A DNA stretch of 64,000 nt, taken from positions 62,001 through 126,000 of the forward strand of contig JBFLGF010000019.1 of assembly GCA_050230475.1 (NCBI GenBank), read 5' to 3'. The position numbers and the translations under genes are program-made. This document shows, one piece after another, positions 13,606-27,540 of the stretch; position 1 is the first letter of the stretch, and each line of letters opens with the position of its first letter. Origin of the DNA: Ancylonema sp. (Eukaryota). The notes under the pieces are model-generated. The model made no database searches and had not been told where the DNA came from. It saw only the letters and a list, made by a program, of their open reading frames with translations.

Positions 13606-14721
13606 GCATAGTTGCACGGACCAGCGGACCGGGGTCCCGAGGTCCTGACTCCGGACCGAGGTCCGTCCTTTTGGGTAAAAAATCCGGACCGGCTGTTTAG
13701 GGTAATATCGGTTTTTGGGGGTTTTAAGGTGTTTTCCGTGGAGTAAAAACTCCGGAAGTATTTTTTTCGCGAATAAGATTCTATTTCACATCTTATAAAA
13801 ATGTGAGAAAAAAATAGACCTATCAAATAAGTAATTAAAACTTGCTATGTATCATTCTAGATAGCGTTTTTCACCACTTTCGATAGATATCACTTGGGAA
13901 AATGTAGTAGTTGATTGGGAATGGTTATAAGTACTCCATATTTTTTCACTTTCCATACGTTACGATGTAATTCTGAAATGATGCCCATGTGAGGCTCAAA
14001 AAAATGTGATGAAGGGTCACCGTCTCATGAAATTGAGTAAAATTAGAAACACCCATATTAAACATTTATTTTTCCACGCTCACAACCTTGTACTCAAACT
14101 TCTCTCCACCTTACAAATACATTCCTCACTTCTCACTTTCCTATTCTATATAAATAAATGGGTAACTTCCCTATCTGTAATTTACTCACCTTCTCAAAAT
14201 CTATCCTTGCCTACAACTCCATACTTCTATGAAACGGAAAAAAAAAACAAAACGACTTCTACACCCGCAATGTTTGTTCTATTTTTACACCCATAACACT
14301 CTTCATTGTCTACAACATCTTGAATAGCCCCCCTCTTCCCACTTCCCACTCCTCACTTGTCACTCCCCAAAAGTATTTCCTCGCTCCGAATAACACACTT
14401 CCAATTACCAACTTACACCAAAATTTCAGCCGTTTTGTCAATTTCGATTTTCACCACCTCAATCAATGGACGGTTGGATATGAAGATGATGTTTTATTTT
14501 ATTTATTTTTCTAATTTTGCTGCAACTTCGCAAGCCACAAATGACTCATGTGTATCACACGTGTGAGGTACAGGAAAAATAATGAAGCCCCGGGTCTTTT
14601 TTCCCCACGGAAAAGTTGTCTGGCAAAAAAACCCTAAAAGTTCCCCGCGACCGGGTCCCGACTCGGGACCCGGTCCGACCGCGGTCCGAAAATCCGATGT
14701 TGCCAGTCCGTGCAACTATGC
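13606..14721. mobile_element. Non-autonomous hAT-like TIR element (1.1 kb)
   Basis: 16-bp TIR GCATAGTTGCACGGAC/GTCCGTGCAACTATGC, perfect 8-bp TSD CATGACAA (13598-13605 and 14722-14729), GGACC/GGTCC subterminal repeats. Confidence 0.9.
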
Positions 14722-15030
14722 CATGACAAAATTGGAGAAAGGGAATGTACCATCTCACTAAAATGTGAGCAGAATTGTGTATAAACAACTAGGAAAACAA
14801 AACTATTTTGTTCTTGAGAGTTCAACAACTTCAAATGGACACGTTGTCAAAGTCGAAACAAAGGAGTACAAAATTTTAAATATTATTCGTGTATTCAAAA
14901 TAAAATATTGCACCAAAAATAGATGATAAAAAAGATAGAGAGAAACTTACCATTCGCACAAGAAGGTATTTCCATGCGTATGGTTCTAATGAGTTTTTCC
15001 GTGAATATCATTTTTTTGGCAATTCTATTC

Positions 15031-17347
15031 TTTAGTTTTTAGGGGCTGTGAACTTTTGTCGTTATAACGATTTTAGCGATACCGGGAATTTAGCTTTGGT
15101 TTTGTCGTTATTCAGCAAATGCAGGCTGCAGGCCGGCTGCAATCCGATGTCCTTGTTTCAATGATTACTCGGCCATCTGGCACAAGTGTCGATAAGAACA
15201 AGTTGATGTGGCAAAATACTTAGATATGATTGGCAGATGACTAAGTAGTTTCGATATGAGTAGATCCTTTGACTAAACAACAATCGACTGTACTAGGTCT
15301 GGGCTTGCATGTTGGATTCTGTAATCAATACTTTTTACTTCAAACTTGTACTTTTGTTGTGTCAACGTTTGTAATGACGTGATCTGTTTGATTCAAAGAG
15401 ATTAAGAAGAAGTGAACTTTATTCTTGCATCGATGGCAGAAGAAAGTTCTCACAGTGGTATCAGAGCACGGTACTGCATTCTAGATGAAGATAAAGTTAC
15501 CTTTCAAGCATGGAGATCTAAGGCCTCAGCTACTCTTGATGATGCCGAGTGCCTTGAGATCTGCAAAGGAATAGAGACTATTCCAAGCTGAGGTTACAGC
15601 CAGATTTGATGTTGATCACTGGCCAATAAATGAGGCAAAGATGGAGCAGTACACACTTGATGTCAAAAGCTTCCGCAAAAGATCAAAGAAGGCAGTCATG
15701 CTACTCATGCAACTCGTCAGTGATGACATCGCTACATCATTGAACAATTTGAACGAGATCCAAAGGCGATGTGGGACTATCTGACAGAGGATATGACAAG
15801 GTGTCTCCAGAACTTCGACAGATTGCAAAAGAAAAGCTGAACTCTTTCAAGATCGATGAAAAGATGCCAGTCAGAGACATCAATAATAATTTTCTGTCGA
15901 CCATCAGAGAGTGTGTACATAAAAAAAAACCAGTTAGTGCAAAAGATCAGGTGATGGCATTGTTTGCTGGCATGTCAAGAACAAAATACGGCATGCTGAA
16001 GAAGCTGTACTATGGGCAGAAAGAGGCACCTGGGATCAGCTCGATCTGGGGACATATGGGAATGGATGAGCTGGACGACAAGAAAGAAAAAGATGCCAAA
16101 GATGCTGAGGCACTAGTAGTTGAGGCAAACTATGCAAAGTGGTAAGCGCAACAATTTTTTTTCAAGCCAGGGCAGAGGTGGTGGCATCGACAATCGTGGA
16201 GGCAGGGGTACATTCAGGGGGTGTTCAGGAGATAATCGTGGATTCAGAGGTGGTCGTGGAGGGAGAGGTGGAAGCAGTGGATCAAATGGAGGACACTCTT
16301 ACTACACTTGTGGAGAGACAAGTCATTATAGCAAAGATTGCTCCAATAAAAACGAAGAATGCAAATATTGTGGAGCCATCGGTCATGTGGAATTCACCTG
16401 ATTCGACAAGAAAAACGAAGCTCCACGATTGACGAGAAAAAGGGTACGCACAGGAAGGAAAACAACTTTCGTTGGTGAAATCGATGAGGAGGAGAGCTGC
16501 GGTCATGGAGAAGCTGTCGTCGTTGAGATCTCTGAAGGACATGTTGCAGATGATGATGGTGCAAAAAAAGGTGTTCTCTTCGACGATGGCTCCACTCACC
16601 ATACCTGTGGGCAGAGAAGTCTTTTCAAAATCCTTGAAGACATCCCTCACGAGGTCATTATGCATCATCTGGTCGGAAGTGTGCGCGTGAAGTAGTGGGG
16701 GACAATTGAGCTAAATACTGAGGGAGAGTGTGGAGGCGTAACACTCAAGAAATGTATGTATATTCCTCGGATGCGCATAAATGTGTTCAGTGGTCAGAAA
16801 TCATGAGAAGCAGGGTGGTCTTACACTTGCATCGGAAAATCAGGTGGCATCATTCCAGTTTACAATAAATCTGGGCAACAGGTCTGGACTCTGCAAGAAA
16901 CATCGCCAGGTCGAAAAACTCTTATCTGCACTCCAGTTCGACATCAACAACTCACTGAAGGGGAAGCTATTGTAGTTGCTGTCGAAATCAACCTCCTGCA
17001 CACAAGACTTGGGCATGCAAATGAGAGAGTGCTCAAAAATCTGGCACGAGAGCATCTTGTAAGAGGAGTGAAAGGAGGCATCTTAGGAGTTCTACAAAAT
17101 TGTGAAGGGTGCAAGCTAGGGAAGGCACACGACAAACCTCATCCTCGACGAGAAGATGGTGCAGGAGAGCAAGTCTGCCTGGGAAGAGTGTCGATGGACT
17201 TGGCACGGCCGTTCAATCTAGCAACGATAGGGGGAGGAGTGTACAACATGGTGCTGGTCGATGAATACAACCGAAAATCCTGGGTGGGAATACTTCGAAG
17301 CAAAAATGATGCAGCTCCTCGTCTAAAGCAATGGATCGCAAAATTGC
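15031..17347 (+). mobile_element. 5' half of a Ty1/Copia element: LTR 15031-15454, tRNA-iMet PBS 15456-15467, decayed gag-protease-integrase, truncated within the integrase
   Basis: LTR matches 43888-44304 (inverted). PBS TGGTATCAGAGC. Zinc knuckles (CKYCGAIGH), protease DDGSTHH, H..LGH / CEGCKLGK, integrase core. Contains stops and frameshifts. Confidence 0.9.
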
Positions 17348-17959
17348 ATTGGTTTCCAAAAGTAGGCAAGATGAGAGTGGCCTGAGTCATACTGAGGTTG
17401 AATGGCATGCAAGGGTGTAGGGAATTGTTCTCAAATAAAATTCGGATTGTTAACAGGTGGTGAGACAGCAGGGGCCGACACAGGGTCAAGATCTACTGCA
17501 GGTGTTCGCCAAGGTGTTCAACGTGAAGTTTCTTCACATAGTGGTGGTGAGTGGCAAATCAAATCTGGAACTTCTGCCAAAAAATCAAGAATGTCCTTTT
17601 CAACTTGTAATAACTTGGTCGCATTTGCAGCGAGGGACTCTGTTTGAGTGATGATTGGCTGAGAGCAAGGGTAAATAGTTGTCGATGATGTCGATGTTTT
17701 GGGTGAACTAGAAGCGGTGGAAGATGCAGTAGGAGTTTTTCAAGGTTCGTCATTAACAGGTGGTAGAATTGCCAATGGCGCAAGGAGAACTGAACGTGCA
17801 GGTTTCATTTGTTTACTTTGTTTCTTTGGTTTCGCATGCATGGGTTGGGTAACAGGATGCATTGGAACTTTGGTGGAGTTGGCCCTTTGCCTCAACAAGG
17901 ATGGTGGGGAATACTTGAGAGTTGAGGTGAGGCGCTGTCCCTATGGGTTGTAGGTTGCC

Positions 17960-18940
17960 ATGATGATGGATGCCAGCCAGTGGGTGACGTGACGATCTAG
18001 GGACAAACCAAGGGTGCTGCGACGTTGAGCAGCGGTGCGTATCAGTCCCACTGATCCCGCTCCCGGGGTGAAGCCTATAGCACTTTCCAGATCATAGGGT
18101 GAGGGTGTAATATAGGTGCCACATTGTTGGTCATACACCATGCCCTCGCCACGGTGACCGGTGGCCGGATCAACGGTGAAATCAAAGGTGTCGGGGTACG
18201 GGGTGATAGGCGGGACTGCACGTCAGGGTTGCCCAGAGATGTTTACAATCGGAGGTTGCACATCACTAGTGAGCACAGGTGTTAGGAAATGGCCTCGTTC
18301 CAAGATGTCTGCAAGTTGACAGCCAATGGTTTCGGTAGGCAAGCAGGCCTCGAGGGTTGGCATGTGGTTCTGCCACACATGGGCTGAGCGGCGGTTGTTG
18401 GAGTTCACCACGGTTGCCTCGATGACGGCTGGGTGTCCAAGGAAAGTAGTAACCAATGGGTACATCTCTGCGACCCAGGGTGGTGAATCCAAAAACATGT
18501 GGGTGAAAAGAATGTAACGGGGAGGGTGATCCTGGATGTCTGAAAGGTTTTGCAAGACCTTGAGCAACTCCAGGAAAGGGTACACAAGGTGATCGAAGCC
18601 CCCCCTAAGTGGAATAAAGGTGACCTCCGTTACGCTGTTCCAAGTCCCTCCCACAATGTCGATTTGGCCACGCTCGTTGATGAGGCGCCGGAATGCAGGT
18701 TCTGCGGTTTCCTCGATGAAGTTGCTCCCCAATCTGCTGCAGCAGCCTGCGATCGCGTTGTCGGGGAGTTCTCCGGGGCATTGTCGTTGAGCTTTTTGCA
18801 GGACGAAGTACACAACCTCTTCGTCCGCCCTGCTCTCCACCTGAGTAGGGAATGTCCCCACAAAGTCGCCGCACTCCAAATGAAGGTAGAGGACACCGAT
18901 GTCGGATCCCTCGAATGGTTCGTAGATGTGCACGCCTTTC
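17960..18940 (-). pseudogene. Dnmt3-like C5-cytosine methyltransferase fold with degenerate catalytic motifs, inside the retroelement polyprotein
   Basis: Ordered motifs: I GVHIYEPFEGSDIG, IV GQIDIVGGTWNS, VI PPRYILFTH, VIII NNRRSAHVWQN, IX DLESAIGF, X RRSTLGLSLD. The frame continues across a single TGA at 18223-18225. Confidence 0.8.
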
Positions 18941-20547
18941 CTGAGGATGGACGGGTTAAGAGGTGCGATGCCGGCGGGCATGGGTTTGGCTCCTTGAAAC
19001 TTGCGTCCGTTCCAATGAAGTCGGGGCGGGGAAAAGGGTGTAATCCTGCATGATCTTATGATTTCCCAAACGCAACAATCGTCGACCCATGGTGAGATGC
19101 TCCTCGCGGATGGTGGCGACAACATTAGCAATCGTTGACCCATGGTGAGATGTCCCTCGCGGATGGTGGCGACAACATTCACGCTACGGGGTGTGTAGAT
19201 TCTCCGAGTTTCCTCGGCTAATTGCTGGGGTGAAAATGTGGCAGGATTTCCCCGTAAGGTGATGAGGTAAGGGTAGCCAGGAATGGTGAGATGCTGATCC
19301 CTGGGGTTCCAAAACGGGAACTTTTGACGGTAGCGTGCCCTATGCGTGTCGATGTCGTCGCCATCACGGGGGTCACGCAAGTTGTCGTAGTCACGGAGTG
19401 CCAAATGGCGTTGTGCAGCCGGGGCCATAGCGTTGACTGTTGCCTGGTCTAGAGCAAATTGAGCTGCATTGTGCTGTGGGGAAGGGATGGGGATAAGAGG
19501 GGGCACTAAAGGTTGGGTCTTGGGGAGTGTCGATGGTGGGGGACGTAGGGGAAAGTTTTGGTACACCGGGATGGGCAGAGGCGTCGGCGGAGTGTGGGCT
19601 GGGGGAGTGGTCCTCTGTCGATGTACAAGACGCTGCAACTCCGCTCGTGGGCTCCGGACTGGTTTCCGATCGCCGATGGTTACCGTGGGTCGGTGCTGAT
19701 AGCCCGGAGGTGGAACATGGTTCATGTTGTCGTCGGAGTCGGAGTCCGAAAGTTCCAACTTCACGACGGGGTCAGCCTTCTCCTTGCCCTTCTTTTTCTC
19801 CGCCTTGTAGACAGTGATGGCATCCTCTTTCGCCCGCCATGCTGCAGCTTGGTTGAAAATGGTGGTGTCGGCGGGTTGCAGATCTTTGGCCAGGTTGTCG
19901 ATCTCTTGTTGACGGCCCACTCTCAACTCTCCCTCAACGTTATCCACCGTTGCCTCGGCCATGGATGCAGGAACCTCGGTAGATTGAATGCGGTCGGCTT
20001 CACGCTCTGCATCCCACTCCTGCTTGAGTAATGCACGGAGTTCAGCGGTGAGTTTGTCTTTATGTGCCTTCTCCCGCTTCATACGATCCGTGCTGGCTTG
20101 GGTGCGGATGGCTTCGATCGATAGCAATGTCATGTGGTGAGGTCCTTGAAATGGACTGGTAAAGAGAATGTAGAGTTGCTCTAGCGTGGTGAGTTGGGTG
20201 TCGGGGTTGAACCACTGTAGCATGGTGTCGACGTTTCGATCGATGTTGTGGTGGTCAGCCAGATTCATGAGGTTCAGCAAGTCAAGTTGAAGCTGCTCCT
20301 GTTGATGGTTTTGCTATTTTCCTTTGCCAGGGTTCTTGAAAGACAAGGATGCTTGCAGGGGACCCTCCTTAGATCGAGCTCGCACCGTATCTCGAGGTAC
20401 CGAACCTGCGTCGACGTTAGCAGATAAGTACATATACATTGGTGTTGGCAAAGGTGACGATGCATCGATGGCTGGTAAATGTGTACCTCCGACAGTAGAT
20501 GGTGTGGTGGTAACGGGTGTGGAAGGTGGTGGCAGCGATGCAATGGG

Positions 20548-23500
20548 TATAAGCTTTTGAGTGATTAGACTTGCCGGAATATTTAGGTGGGCGACAAAAC
20601 GAACCGTACGCAAAAGGATCTCTTTCATTGATGTTCAACGAGACAGGAGTTGCGTGTGTGGAACGAAATATTATTGTGATTGCATCGGGGATGGTAATAC
20701 CCGATGCGCTTTACAGATTGTTGCGTGCCGACGCGGCACAATTGACCGTCGGCCTATCATTGACTGACAGCTGACAGCTATTTCAACGGCACATGCCGGA
20801 CATTTATGACACGACTAACTAGCCAGTCACGACGCTTCGACCAAATAAGTCTCTAAGCGTCGGAAACATGTCAGGTGCCCGGGCACAAAAACTTGCCCGG
20901 CCATACAGGCACATCTAGATATTGCTCCGTTAGAGTAACCGGTCACACAACTGGACTAGCACGCATAACATCTGGCTATCCAAAATATTCTAACACACCC
21001 CCTCGGATGCCATGCGAAAGTTGGCATAGATGCAGACATCAAAAAGGAGTACCCAAGTCATTGCCAAAACATGGCAGAACCATCACATAACATATAAAAC
21101 AGTTTTGGTCTTCCCTAGCATACAAGCTGCTAGGGGATTCTATCGATAAATGCAGCCGTTCGGAAACGATCGGAAGACGATCGGAAGCCGATCGGACTCC
21201 AGAAGACATCGCTCCATGTCCTTTGTCGTTTTCGGGCCGAAGCCCTGCACATACAACCAATACCACAAGTTAGGCAAAAAACAAAAAAACTTATGAAAAT
21301 ATTTTTGATTTCTTAACTTTTTCAACTTCACGATTCTGAAAACTTCACACTTTCCAGTCAGAAAAATCTCAAAACAGCATAACTTCAAAATTACAAGTCC
21401 TATCCAGCACCAACTTTTGACACAAGTTTTGCAACAATGATTAGGGGACATACATACGAAAATTCAGAACAAACTGACAAGTTTAAAGTTGAGCAGATTC
21501 ACTTTCTGAATTCAAAGTGTACTTCAGCGTTTTCAGGTGTCTTTTCGAGGTATTTGGGTGAAAGTGTGACTTAGCTGGATGAGCTGAAGTTGGTGTACCC
21601 TCCCCATCACGTCTGCCTGAAAAGAAACATAACAACACACCCCCTGCCAACATGCATGGCATTCGAAACCTTCGATCATAAAAATAAAAAAAGAAAACTA
21701 CTGACACCCCCAGTTCAGTATAACCAAAACCTAGACTTTTGCTGTGTCTGTCCAGTAAAACTTGGGGAATAGCTTTAGTTAGCATATCTGCTGGTTGATT
21801 GGCGCCTGCAAATACACATATTTTATCTCCCCGTGCTGTGGCATTCCCGTACCCCAGTGATATACCACATTAAAATGTTTTGCTTTCTGTCTTTTGCACA
21901 GGATTCTGGATCATGGAGAGAGGCTGAGGTTGAATCAGTGTGGATTGTGATTTGGTGTGGGAATTTGAGTTCTTTCAAGAAGAGACCTTTAGATAATAAC
22001 AGCATTCTTTAGACACACTACAGGCAGCAATATACTCAGCCTCAGCAGTGCTTGCAACAGTTGACTGTTTCTGTACTTCCAACTCAGTGCTGTCCCCCCA
22101 ACCGTGGTTACCCATCCAGTGACTGACTTCCCTGTCATGCTACAACTGTTCCATGATGCATCGCAGTAACCCTTTACTTCAAATGTGTCTTTTCCCACAA
22201 ACGTCAGTCCGTGGTTGACAGTCCCTTTAAGGTATCTGAATAGTTGATGTAGAGCCCTTATGTGTGCCACCCCAGGATTCCCCAGGTGTTTTGCCAGTAC
22301 CCCAAGTGCATACCCGATGTCCAGTCTGGTTTGTTTCATGGCATATATGAGTGATCCCACTTTCCCACGAAAGTCTGTTATTTCTTCAGGGGTAGGGGGA
22401 AGAGTTGGTTCATCATTCTGTGTGAATTGAGTTCCAGGGGCGAGTGGGAGTTTGGTTGGATTACACTCATGCATCCCATAGCGTTCAAGCACTCCCCTTA
22501 AGAATCCTGACTGTCCCAGTGTGAGCAGTCTTCTCTGTCTATCCCTCTTCACTTCCACCCCCAGGATATGGGTTAGGGAACCCAGATCCTTAACTTTGAA
22601 CTTTTTACCCATTATCTTCTTTAAAATTTTTGACGACCATTGCGTTAGGACCTGTGATCACCTTATCATCTACATGTATGCCCAGTATGATTCTGCTGTC
22701 TGCTTCCCCCCTCATATATATACATGTGTCCATTACGCACTGTTTAAACCCTTCAGATATCATAAATTTTCTGAACATTTCCTGCCATACGTGGCTAACT
22801 CTGCTTTAGACCGGATAAAGCTCCCCTTCAGTCGTAAGACCTTTCCCTCAGCACCCCCATTGATATACATACGTGGTGGTATTTTCATGTAAACTTCTTC
22901 CTCCAGACGTCCATGAGGAACGCTGTGATTACGTCCATCTGTTCCAGTTCCCAGTCATATTGGTTTGCTATAGAGAGGAGTAGGGTGATAGATGTACTGT
23001 CGATTACTGGTGCAAATACTTCATTATAATCAATACCCTCTTGTTGTAAGAACCCCTGTGCGACCAGTCTGACTTTATATCTTTCAATATCCCCCTGTGG
23101 TGTTGTTTTGACCTTAAACACATATCTGCACCCCACAGCCTTTTTACCTGGAGGAAGCACACACACCTCAAAGGTGTTGAACGTCTCCAGGGCTGCTAAC
23201 TCCTCGACAATGGCCCTGTCCCACTGGTCCTCTCGCCTCATCATCGCATGGTTGAGTGAGTGGCTCGGAGGAGTTGCTGTTAGATGCTACGCACGCGTAG
23301 CCGGATCCAGGACCGTTGTGAAGCCAGTGTAAAAACTGCTGGGCTCCCACTCAGTCGCTGAATAGTTGGCGTGTGCTGCTGCGTCATCAAACTCCTCCCC
23401 ATCACCACATCACATGAGGTCCCCAGACTCCGCAAAGTTGGCTCGCCTCCTGGCCACCATCACCCGATCATCTGCTACACTGCCAGGCTCCCCCACATCT

Positions 23501-26500
23501 GGGTTCGCACCCCCTCCTTGCACCTCCTCCTCCCCTGCATCTCCACCTCCTGCCGTTGTTGATCCCTGATTGGCTTCAGACAGCACAATCGTGGCGTTAG
23601 AGACCTCAGCAGCTTGTGGCTGGAAGTTGTCGTGCGGATAGTCGTTGGCAGCTGCTGGCTCAGGGACTGCTGGTTCTGCTGGTGCTGGGATTGGCTGCAG
23701 AACTGCTGGCATCGGTTGCAGAACTGCTGCTGCTGGCATGTTGGGGTGGACTGCTGCTGCTGGCATGTTGGGGTGGACTGCTGCTGCTGGCACAACTGCT
23801 GCAGCTGGTTCATCTTCAGGGTCGGGAAAAAGGTAGAAAAAGTGTTTTTCTGCTGCCTCCTGAATCTGGGGAGCTCTCCCCCCCATCAGCTTCGGGTACC
23901 CCGGCACCTCCTCAAAGAACCTCACGTCCATGCGTGATATCACCCCAGCTCTATGGGGATCGAAAACGTTGAAGCCTGCACTCCCCGCAGCCATCCCCAG
24001 AAACACACCAAAGCAACGACGAGGGGCAAACTTGTCCCCTTGACTGTTCTTTTCCCCCCCAACCTTCAAATATTGGACCAGACACCCGAAATTATGACTT
24101 TTAGTAACTGTCATTCTCTTCCCCTCCCAGACCTCAATTGGAATTTTCCCAGAAAGCGACTTAGTGGGTGTTCTATTCCTCAACCAGTTTGCATGTAACA
24201 ATGCCTCGTCCCAATAAGACTTCGGTAGACCTGACCAGATTAAGATGCATCGCATTTTTTCTGTCAATGTTCTTCTTCTTCTTCGGTTCAGTCTTTCACC
24301 GATTCCGTTTTGTTCAGGACTATCTGCTTCTGTGGTTTGTTTATCAATACCCTTCCCCCCACCGTAGTTTATCCAGTCCTGAGACACATACTCCCCTCCC
24401 TTATCTGTCCGAATAGACTGTAGGGGCAGACCCGACTGGACCTCGAGCAATTGTATAGTGACTGCTCGGTTCAGTGCTTCATCCATTGTTTTTAACAAAC
24501 TCACAAATGACAGACGTGTGGATACCTCGATCCCTGTCTGAGCATATGTATACCCTCCGTTAGCTGACCTGACAGACAGTGGCCCAATGAGTCTAGGAAT
24601 GCGACCCATCTTGGGGCATGTCCCCATCTGCACTGACCTTAGCATGACTGAGCTGAGTCATCTTCCCCTGACAGCAAACCTGACATCCCTTTACTTCAGT
24701 TACCCCTGACTTAAGGATGTCCCCACGTCTGGCGAAATCTGACATCACATCAGAACTGGGGTGACCCAATTTGCCAGACCATGTGGACAAATTCGCTGTT
24801 CATGAGATCCAGGCATAACGTGGCAAGCAGAGTCAGACCAGGCTGCTGCAACACATCAGCCCATTTCACATTTCCTGTTTAATTCAGGACCCGTGGGCGC
24901 TGTAGAAAGCTCAGCCCACCTCTTCTGACGGGCAGATGTCGACACGAGGGTGCAGGCAAAGGTTGGGACGTGGATCGAGCTGAGTGGCTGCACAAAGAAA
25001 GCGTCGCCATTCCTCACTCGGATGTGCACGAAACCAGTGCCCTCCACCTTGTGTGACGAGCCGTCCAGTGGTGATGTAAAGGCCTGCTGCGTGCTCAGGG
25101 TAGGTGTGTACTCCACAAAGTGTTCACGTGCCGTGAATATGTGTCAGTAGCACCTGAATCCAGGACAAGGAGTCTGAGTGAGGACCAGAGACATTGCCCG
25201 GGCAACTTGAACGAGAAGCACCGAATGCTAAATAATCCACTTAGCGTTGAAGGGTTGTCAGCAAAGCGAGCAAGTCTAGTTGTGATCAGCTCTCCTAGCA
25301 GCCTCTGGGTTCATTAGAGCCATGTCAGATGTTCTTTTTCTGCAATGTTCAATTGTGTGACCGACAATGTTGCAATATCTGCACTTTTGCCTCCCCCCTG
25401 AACTTCCCTGAGTAGCGTGCGCGACATTTCCAGCTGCTGGTGATGACGCAGGGCATTGCGCAGCTCGGTGGCCTGCCTGATGGCACCTGTGACATTTCCA
25501 TGGCCCCGTATGGCCTCCGCCAGATGCGGTGAAGGGCAGTTCGCTCTGGATGTGCCCGAATTTGTGGCAGCCGAAGCATTCGACGCCTGCAGCGTCTCTG
25601 CGACCAGCTCCAGTCGCACCACCAGATCTGCTGCTCCCTCCCGCTCCATTCCCCCCCCCAGGTCCGCCATAATGCGCCTGGGGTCCTCCGGGCAGCGCCC
25701 CCCTTTTTCGATCGTTCAGCTCTGTCCGCACGTCGTCGCGAAGCAGCGCACTCACGATGTGTGGAATCGTGTCGTGAAGAGGTGTGGCGACGACTCGCGA
25801 CTCCGACTCCGACCATGGCATCAGCGTTGAAACCATCGGACTGTAATGCGTGTTCAACGAATTTAGCAGGTTAATCGCCTGCTTCGTTGGAGAAACTGGT
25901 GCCCCCAGATTCTTCAGGTCCTGGTGCAGCTGCTGCAGACGCTTCACGTACACGTTGAGGTCCTCTGCCTCCGTCTGAATGATAGCGCTCAGCAATGCCT
26001 CCGTATTTGCGATCTCGATCGCACCCTGCACCTGGTAGAATGTCCGCAGAGCATCCCACATGCCGGCAGCGGTCGTGCAGTCAGTGACGTGCGTCAGCTC
26101 CGATGGCCCCAGGTGCTTCACGATGTAAGACATAGCAGCCAGATTGTCCTCGTCCCATTTCTCGAGCTCCAGCAGCTGCTGGGAAATCTGCTGTTGTCGC
26201 ACCAACACTTCGACATCCACGTCGATCCCCCTGGCGGCAAATTGCAGCTCGTTATCAGGTGTCAATGGAAGGATCACGTCTGCGCGACACTTTCGCGGCA
26301 AGCTGTCCCAGTCCATCACCAAACGGTGCAGTTTCTTATCCGCCCCAGCCCATACTTGACCTTGAAGGCCCATCCTGTCAGCTCCAGTAAATTGAGGGAT
26401 TTGCGACCTATCAGACATTATGGCAGCTATTGTGTAGGACTTTACAAAAATTCTCGCACAGCTCGAGTTCCTCAGTGCAATTCCCGCACTGCAGCACTCA

Positions 26501-27140
26501 GCTCAAAAACTTGCAGCGCAATATCAGAATTACGTGCAGACCTTAACAACCACGAATATATTTGCGCTCACTGCTGGCAGAAGAATGAATATACCGTTCA
26601 CAGAGATTACCGCAGCGAAATCGCGTGGAGCCTTTAGTTTTTAACCTACACGGCGTCTGAACTAGACCGCTCGTGGGCCCATAACCTATAAGCTTTTGAG
26701 TGATTAGACTTGCCGGACTAATTTGGTGGGCGACAAAACGAACCGTACGCAAAAGGATCTCTATCACTGATGATCAACGAGACAGGAGTTGCGTGTGTGG
26801 AACGAATTATTATTGTGGATTGCATCGGAGATGGTAATACCCGATGCGCTTTACAGATTGTTGCGTGCCGACGGTCGGCACAATTGACCGTCGGCCTATC
26901 ATTGACTGACAGTGCTCTTCTACATGTCAACGGCACATGCCGGACATTTCTGACACGACTAAACTAGCCAGTCACGACGCTTCGACCAAATAACGTCTTA
27001 AGCGTCGGAAACATGTCAGGTGCCCGGGCACAAATTGCCCGGCCCCGAACACGCACATCTAATAATATTGCTCCCGGTTAGAGAAACCGGTCACAACTGG
27101 ACTAGCACGCAAATATTCTAACACACCCCCTCGGATGCCA
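20548..27140 (-). mobile_element. Full-length decayed Ty1/Copia element: 5' LTR 26687-27140, 3' LTR 20548-21012
   Basis: Two ~460-bp LTRs with a target duplication (TGGG, or ATGGG). PBS GGTTATGGGCCC (tRNA-iMet 5'-half type). gag with three zinc knuckles (25276-26418), integrase (PEQNGIGERLNR), RT (YKVRLVAQGF, HVDD), RNase H (YCDASW, ADMLTK). Confidence 0.95.
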
Positions 27141-27540
27141 TGGGTGACTCAGCAATGACTGGAAATGGTGCCACTGTCGTGTTATCGATGTTTCCTTCCG
27201 ATAGCATGCATTTGGGTGATAACTTACCCTTGGGTTGTGAGGGTGCTACCGCCGCATGCAACGGTGAAATCGGGAACACGGGTGAGCGCAGAGAACGACC
27301 TGCATTCAAATTCCTTGGTGAATAACCATGTTCAACTGAGGTGGTACAATTTGCCTTGAATTGTGTACCTGTCGATGAACGTGGTTTCTGTGGTGTGTCC
27401 CCAAAGTACAAATCAATCTCTCGACTAAGGGTAGAGCGAGGTGGTCCGTTGTACTCCGAGATAGGTGAAGTCACAATCGATAATCGAGGTGTTGGGGATG
27501 ACATCGGGGTGATGAAGTCATGTCCCACGCCAGGTTGTGG

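Noticed and set aside
23690..23800. Tandem repeats as a CRISPR-like array
   Set aside because: These are in-frame 27-bp coding repeats (PAAAVHPNM) in the Copia linker, with no unique spacers.
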